Virus record (IMG/VR): IMGVR_UViG_3300025085_000011
Direction: 5' to 3' (one strand)
DNA: 20,000 nucleotides
Origin: an uncultured virus (IMG/VR IMGVR_UViG_3300025085_000011)
Taxonomy: Duplodnaviria; Heunggongvirae; Uroviricota; Caudoviricetes
The notes below the pieces were generated by a model, which ran no database searches, was not told where the DNA came from, and worked only from the letters and a program-made list of their open reading frames with translations. Within the stretch, counting starts at the first letter, position 1, and every line of letters begins with the position of its first letter. A program made the position numbers and the translations under genes. This document shows, piece after piece, positions 15,310 to 20,000 of the stretch.

Positions 15310-15765
15310 TCAGTATAGTAGCAGTTTGGCTTTTTCGCAAAAATCTGTAGGGTCTTCTACAAGCAACTTAATAAGGTCGTTCAGCTTATTGCCTACATCA
15401 GTTTCCTCTGACGTGTTTTTAATTAACCAAAATTTATAAGCGTTGAGCAGGTACATGTGTGTTTGTTTTGCTTTTAGTGCTCCTGTTTTCCATCGATCAC
15501 ATTCAAAAGATGAGCTGTGTCGAGACTTACCTGTTTTCATCTCCATGTTTCTAATTTCTATCTGAAGGTCTATGTCTTTGATAGTAAATTCAGTCGAACT
15601 AATTTGTGCTTTACAGCTTTTAACTGTTTCAGGAGGTTTGTTGTCGGTGTAAATCCAAGGAGGAAGGTTAGGTATCATAAATTCTTTATCCCACAAGCTA
15701 GGTTTATTCGTCTCTGTCGAAGAGGAGTGAGAGTACTGAGGAGATCTGTAAGTCGTGACAGCCAT
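15310..15765 (-). CDS. Hypothetical protein (helical, coiled-coil)
   Basis: 151-aa ORF in the leftward cluster. Confidence 0.7.
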   Translation of the reverse strand: MAVTTYRSPQYSHSSSTETNKPSLWDKEFMIPNLPPWIYTDNKPPETVKSCKAQISSTEFTIKDIDLQIEIRNMEMKTGKSRHSSSFECDRWKTGALKAKQTHMYLLNAYKFWLIKNTSEETDVGNKLNDLIKLLVEDPTDFCEKAKLLLY

Positions 15766-15985
15766 TTAAACAAAAAAGAGTGTGGTGTTCAAAACGAACT
15801 GGTTTGATAATTTCTAATGGAATAAGTTCGTTTAATTTTGATCTTGTAGCGGAAGACGATTGCCCCGATTCTGAAGCAAGCTCACTGATACTAGCAGGCT
15901 GTATTGATCTGAGGTCCATGATTAACCCGTTGTGGCGCTCAATAGCTTTTTCTCTCCTCTGATTTTGTAAATAGTAGAAAGGCAT
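15704..15985 (-). CDS. Winged-HTH (ArsR/MarR-like) DNA-binding protein
   Basis: LIMDLRSIQPASISELASESGQSSSATRSKLNELIPLEII fits the wHTH pattern. An alternative start is ATG 15919, just after the upstream stop. Confidence 0.6.
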   Translation of the reverse strand: MPFYYLQNQRREKAIERHNGLIMDLRSIQPASISELASESGQSSSATRSKLNELIPLEIIKPVRFEHHTLFCLNGCHDLQISSVLSLLFDRDE

Positions 15986-16614
15986 AGATTAGTTCCTAGT
16001 TTTTCTTGAAGCACAGTTTTTGTTGCGCTAGCAGAAAAACCTTGAATTTTAAGTTTGACAATAGCTGTTTCTACTTTTGATGTGACTTTGAGTCTTGGGG
16101 CAGATCTGACACGTAAATGATGAGGATTAATGCAGTTGTCATTAGAGCACACAGAACACACAAAGTCATCCGGCTTAAGATTTACTTTATAAAACATCTC
16201 GTAGGCAGCGCGTTCAGTTCTCGTGGTCCTTTGATCGTTCTCGCTGTATAGCCATCCAGCGTCCTCTGGGTACTCCAGACAAGAGTCAGGAGAGATTAAT
16301 GGCCTGTTTCTCTCTAGCCACGCTTTAAACAAAGCTGACTTGCCTGTACCAGCTACTTCCAGCTGGTGTCTACACACCTCACAAGCTTTGACCAGGTCAT
16401 TAGGTAGTCGAACTCGCTTGCGGTGAGTTGCGGGGACAAGGATTGAGTCTGATCTGCCGCACAAGCACTGCCACACGGAAAGTTCTTTGTGGTGCTCAAC
16501 ACGCCAATGTCCTTGAGTCTCAACTGAGATAGGCGCTGAGACAGGTTTACTTAGTTCATCTGTATCAATATCGAGCAGACCCAAAAGGCTCACAGCTCGT
16601 AGGTTTAACACCAT
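15922..16614 (-). CDS. His-Me finger/HNH endonuclease homologue (Zn sites kept, catalytic residues lost) with C-terminal HTH
   Basis: N-terminal WQCLCG..KACEVC; DSCLEY; RAAYEMF; VCSVCSNDNCINPHHL (family consensus VCHxCDNPxCVNPxHL); C-terminal GFSASATKTVL..LCLSTIYKIR. Confidence 0.7.
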   Translation of the reverse strand: MVLNLRAVSLLGLLDIDTDELSKPVSAPISVETQGHWRVEHHKELSVWQCLCGRSDSILVPATHRKRVRLPNDLVKACEVCRHQLEVAGTGKSALFKAWLERNRPLISPDSCLEYPEDAGWLYSENDQRTTRTERAAYEMFYKVNLKPDDFVCSVCSNDNCINPHHLRVRSAPRLKVTSKVETAIVKLKIQGFSASATKTVLQEKLGTNLCLSTIYKIRGEKKLLSATTG

Positions 16615-17032
16615 AAGAAAGCATGCGCTACATGAGTATCATACACTCTTTCGAGGTTTAGGAGACCTAAACGCTCACAAAGCTTACAGAGTGTTTTAAC
16701 AGGCACCTCTTAGGTAGTAGGTTCAGATTTTCAAAGTTTAATTTCTTTTATTAAGGGAAATCCAGCAACAAAACCAGATTGAGACAAAACAAGATAAAAA
16801 AAATTAACAAGGTCCGTATAGGTGTTTAAAAAAAAGTCATGTCACCCTAATTAATTATTTAATTAACTAATAAGATTATTATTTTAATATACTTACAAAG
16901 ATTAAGTGAGTTATTTTTTTGTTGCTGGTGCCAGCATGAGAAAACTTTTTACTCGGACAAAAGAAAACGGTAAACCCGTGGAACACAAAAAATTAAAAAA
17001 AAGTGTATAATTCAGTCAGCTGCATAAGCTTC
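16615..17032. promoter_or_regulatory. AT-rich divergent intergenic region with outward-facing -10 elements; candidate control region or origin
   Basis: AGTGTATGAT on - (16647-16638, 23 nt before ATG 16614) and AGTGTATAAT on + (17002-17011, 21 nt before ATG 17033). A 12-bp inverted repeat at 16762-16773/16917-16928 flanks a very AT-rich core. Confidence 0.55.
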
Positions 17033-17191
17033 ATGTCTGAGGTCACCGATAAACCACTAGAAAACATTTCTTGGTCTGCTCTACGTGTAAAAGCGCAGAA
17101 ACTAGGAGTACCCGCCTGGAAGCTTGCTGAAGAAATGACTTTTCATGTTACTGAAGACAAAGTCGCGATCCAGGGTTTATCTAAAAGTTGA
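17033..17191 (+). CDS. Small hypothetical protein (52 aa), possibly DNA-binding
   Basis: MSEVTDKPLENISWSALRVKAQKLGVPAWKLAEEM has a helix-loop-helix look. TATAAT 21 nt upstream supports ATG 17033 over GTG 17003. Confidence 0.55.
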   Translation: MSEVTDKPLENISWSALRVKAQKLGVPAWKLAEEMTFHVTEDKVAIQGLSKS

Positions 17192-17247
17192 TCTATATTT
17201 TTTGATCTCTCGGTTAAACTAGGGAGTAAGGGAGGGCTTGAGTTTTA

Positions 17248-18138
17248 ATGCCAGAAACTAATATCCCGCCTTGTCTTACGCATGGTGCTAGACCTAGGGC
17301 GCTTCATACCCACGATTTTGCGGGTATCATTACAGTATTAGACCTACTCATTAACACGGTAAGCGGTGTGGGAACAGTTTCTTACTCTAGATGTGAGTAC
17401 GGTTACTCTTATAATTTTGAGGGTGTTGTACGAGCACTAGAGGATTTAAACACAAGTATCAGCGGCATTCAAGGCGGAGGTGGCGGCGATGACATTGCAG
17501 CTGGTTCAGGTATTTACTTCACAAGCAGCGGCGACTACACAGTTATTAATGCAACTGTTGTTTCTGCGTCCGGGATATCTATCTCTGCAGGTTCAGGTAT
17601 TTACCTAAGCGAGGCCGGAACAAAAGTCAACTTAGATGCTGCTGGTGCAGGTTCAGTAACAATCCTGTATAGCGGCAGTACAGCTGTAATTAGCGGAACT
17701 GACACTCAAGGCGGTGGAGGCGGAGGAGGATCTGCCGTAATAGTTTCTGGAGCACCAGGCTCAGATTACTCAACCGGATCTCTGTGGTACGACACAAACG
17801 AAGGTCGTCTTTTTGTCTATGCAAGTGGAGCGGAGGTATCTAGTCCTGACTGGTATCAAACCAATGCAGAAGCAATTGCACTTAAAAGTGATACACCACC
17901 TTCTGGTACTGGTGAAAACTCTCCTCCTCGTGACGGAAGTATTTGGTACAACACCCTCATGGGTTCGCTATTTGTCTACGATATGACAACTAGCGGATGG
18001 TATGAAACAGGACCAGAGCGTTCCTTTGCTTACGGACCAGCCGCACCTGCTCCTTCAACCGAAGGTGCTGGTTGGTTAGACACAAACACAAACGTTCTAA
18101 AAGTTTGGAACGGATCTTCTTGGGAGAGTATTAGCTAA
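17248..18138 (+). CDS. Tail fibre / fibre-associated protein
   Basis: Contains AGSGIY repeats, poly-Gly hinges and three G.[LI]W[YL][DN]T...L.V[YW]...W modules typical of trimeric phage fibres. Confidence 0.75.
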   Translation: MPETNIPPCLTHGARPRALHTHDFAGIITVLDLLINTVSGVGTVSYSRCEYGYSYNFEGVVRALEDLNTSISGIQGGGGGDDIAAGSGIYFTSSGDYTVINATVVSASGISISAGSGIYLSEAGTKVNLDAAGAGSVTILYSGSTAVISGTDTQGGGGGGGSAVIVSGAPGSDYSTGSLWYDTNEGRLFVYASGAEVSSPDWYQTNAEAIALKSDTPPSGTGENSPPRDGSIWYNTLMGSLFVYDMTTSGWYETGPERSFAYGPAAPAPSTEGAGWLDTNTNVLKVWNGSSWESIS

Positions 18139-18260
18139 TGGCCAAAGGTAACCCCGAATGTTTAATTGAGACGAAACCTAAAAAAACTCGTCAAGGTCAA
18201 GGACAAAACAGCAAGCCTAACCACAACAGAAAAAAACTTCGTGGCCAAGGAAGACGGTAG
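18138..18260 (+). CDS. Tiny basic cyanophage-type protein (40 aa, KKTRQG..RGQG)
   Basis: Read manually: MAKGNPECLIETKPKKTRQGQGQNSKPNHNRKKLRGQGRR*. TAATG couples it to the upstream stop. The motif is one I recall from cyanophage genomes. It is missing from the ORF track. Confidence 0.75.
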   Translation: MAKGNPECLIETKPKKTRQGQGQNSKPNHNRKKLRGQGRR

Positions 18261-18285
18261 AATAATAACTACTGACTAGGTCGAT

Positions 18286-18762
18286 ATGTCGATTGTTTCG
18301 CTCCGCACTAGTGAGAATATAGATGCAGGTGATGCTGTCTACGCAAGTGGAGCTGGTTTAGCAAGTAAAGGAGATGCTTTAAATCAAGATAGGGCCAGTC
18401 TTGTTGGTGTAGCTTTAACTTCAGGTTCTCCCGGATCTCTAATTCAAGTAATTAGTGACTCTGTATATACCTCAACAAGTACATTTGTTCCTGGAGAAAT
18501 ACAGTATTTAGCTACAACTAGAGGAAAATATGATACTTATGATGTTATTTCATCTGGTGTAGGGCTTACTGACGCCGAAGGTTTATATGTAACTCATGTT
18601 GGTCGTGCAATAACTACTAATAAAATTAATATTGAATTAACTAGACCTGTTTTTGTCGAAAATCCTGTCGCTATTTTTATGTTGGAGGACTCAGGCTCGC
18701 CCATTATCGATGCTATCCTACAAGAGGATGGCTCTACAATTAAGCTAGAAAGTTCTACCTGA
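18286..18762 (+). CDS. DUF2190/cement-like small structural protein
   Basis: Shows the pattern ENIDAGDAVY..G...K.DA....VGVA....G..I.V...F.PG...YL...VGRA. The C-terminal ILQEDGSTIKLE motif is common in tail proteins. Confidence 0.6.
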   Translation: MSIVSLRTSENIDAGDAVYASGAGLASKGDALNQDRASLVGVALTSGSPGSLIQVISDSVYTSTSTFVPGEIQYLATTRGKYDTYDVISSGVGLTDAEGLYVTHVGRAITTNKINIELTRPVFVENPVAIFMLEDSGSPIIDAILQEDGSTIKLESST

Positions 18763-18764
18763 TT

Positions 18765-19376
18765 ATGGCTAGTCAAAAGATATCTCAGTTTTCAGCAATT
18801 ACCGTTTTAGCTAGCGGTGATTATTTTCCTGTAATACAAAGTTCTGGTACTAGTAACAAACGCGTAGATGTTGGTGTTTTAGATGTTCGCTATGCCGCAA
18901 CGGCTAGTGGTGAATTAGCACACGAAGCTTTAGCCTCTGGTAATGCAGCATTAGTGGAAGCTGCGGAAGCTTTAGCTTCTGGTAATGCAGCTTTAACCAC
19001 TAAGTACGACATTACCGGTGGACCTATTACAGGGACTGTAACTACACAGTCTCAAAGTATCGGTCAGATTACAGATTCTGCTCTTACCTCTGGGCTTATT
19101 GCTCTAAATTTTGCCACTGGTAATAATTTTGAGTTTGTCTTGGGCGGTAATTCAACTTTAAATTCACCGACCAACGTTAGCGGCGGTCAAACAGGAGTGA
19201 TTACAATCCGTCAAGATGATGTGGGGTCGAGAACTCTGGCCTATTCTGGTGTTTGGAACTTTGCGGCCGGAACCGCACCTACCTTAACTACTACTGCAAG
19301 TGGAGTAGACATTCTCTCGTTTTACTGCACAAGTCCTACTGAAGTCCAAGCTGTCGTCACTGCTGATTACAAATGA
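18765..19376 (+). CDS. Tail fibre protein
   Basis: The N-terminal KISQF...LASGDYFPV anchor and the C-terminal LNFATGNNF..L.GN.TL..PTN..GQTG.I.IRQD..GSRTLAY...W.F..GTAPTLTT.ASGVDILSFY are typical of marine phage fibres. EALASGNAAL is duplicated (18924 and 18966). Confidence 0.8.
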   Translation: MASQKISQFSAITVLASGDYFPVIQSSGTSNKRVDVGVLDVRYAATASGELAHEALASGNAALVEAAEALASGNAALTTKYDITGGPITGTVTTQSQSIGQITDSALTSGLIALNFATGNNFEFVLGGNSTLNSPTNVSGGQTGVITIRQDDVGSRTLAYSGVWNFAAGTAPTLTTTASGVDILSFYCTSPTEVQAVVTADYK

Positions 19377-20000
19377 GCTTAGGTTCTCAAGGTTCTTTCT
19401 TTTTAGGTTCTTCGGGAGCTGCTGCTGGTGGTGGTGGCTATAAGATTCAACGTAGCTTGAGGTTCAACGACGATGATAGTAGTTATTTAAATAAAACTTT
19501 TTCATCCTCTGGCAACCGCAGAACCTTTACATTTTCGTTTTGGGCAAAATTAGGGGATATAGCTGCCCAAAAAAACATTATTACTGCTTCTTCAAATCCC
19601 GGTGCAAGTAGCTCATCTTCACCTAGAACAGAATTTCGTTTCACTGGTGATGGCGGCATACTGTTTGCTACTAACATAACTGGTTCTTCTTGGAACAGCT
19701 TAAGTACAACTGCAGTATTTAGAGACCCATCCGCTTGGTATCACGTTGTTGTTGCTGTAGATACTACGCAAGCCACGGAATCTAATCGAGTTAAAATTTA
19801 CGTTAATGGTGTTCAAGAGTTTTGGAGCGGATCCGTTGCCGGTCAAAACGACGAAACACCTTACAACAATACTTATGGTCACGCTATTGGTACTTACGCA
19901 AATAACTATAATGATTTCTTTGATGGTTATTTAGCTGAATTTATATCAATCGACGGTCAAGCCTTAGCTCCAACTGACTTCGGAGAATTTGACGATTCAA
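19373..20000 (+). CDS. LamG/concanavalin-A-like domain tail protein (partial, runs off the window)
   Basis: Read manually from ATG 19373 (ATGA overlap): MSLGSQ..YKIQRSLRFNDDDSSYL....GNRRTFTFSFWAK...VFRDPSAWYHVVVAVDTTQ..NRVKIYVNG...FDGYLAEF..IDGQALAPTDFGE. This is the classic LamG fibre pattern of marine phages. Confidence 0.85.
   Translation, partial: MSLGSQGSFFLGSSGAAAGGGGYKIQRSLRFNDDDSSYLNKTFSSSGNRRTFTFSFWAKLGDIAAQKNIITASSNPGASSSSSPRTEFRFTGDGGILFATNITGSSWNSLSTTAVFRDPSAWYHVVVAVDTTQATESNRVKIYVNGVQEFWSGSVAGQNDETPYNNTYGHAIGTYANNYNDFFDGYLAEFISIDGQALAPTDFGEFDDS

Noticed and set aside
13871..16614. Active restriction-modification system or mobile homing endonuclease
   Set aside because: Both the methyltransferase and nuclease homologues lack their canonical catalytic residues.

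Overview
The window is a segment of a tailed dsDNA phage genome. It is very probably a cyanophage, because it carries an NblA-like gene and small proteins typical of cyanophages. From 1 to about 10050 (mostly + strand) lies a virion module: an isolated holin-like gene on the - strand, a major capsid protein (N4-gp56/DUF4043-like, TTG start), a second capsid-associated gene and terminator, an HhH protein, a probable head-completion protein, probable internal/ejection proteins, a SWIM-finger protein and a short fibre. From about 10050 to 11525 is an accessory island: a Xis-like HTH gene and dps on -, a small basic phage protein and nblA on +. From about 11520 to 13920 are a lambda-type (GH104) muramidase and low-complexity proteins linked by a shared C-terminal motif and a perfect 58-bp repeat. 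From 13871 to 16614 is a leftward cluster of DNA-binding-type genes, including an adenine methyltransferase homologue with NPPY changed to YPPK and a His-Me/HNH homologue lacking its catalytic residues. It is followed by an AT-rich divergent intergenic region with inverted repeats and then a rightward tail-fibre module running off the end. All assignments come from motif recognition by eye; no searches were run.
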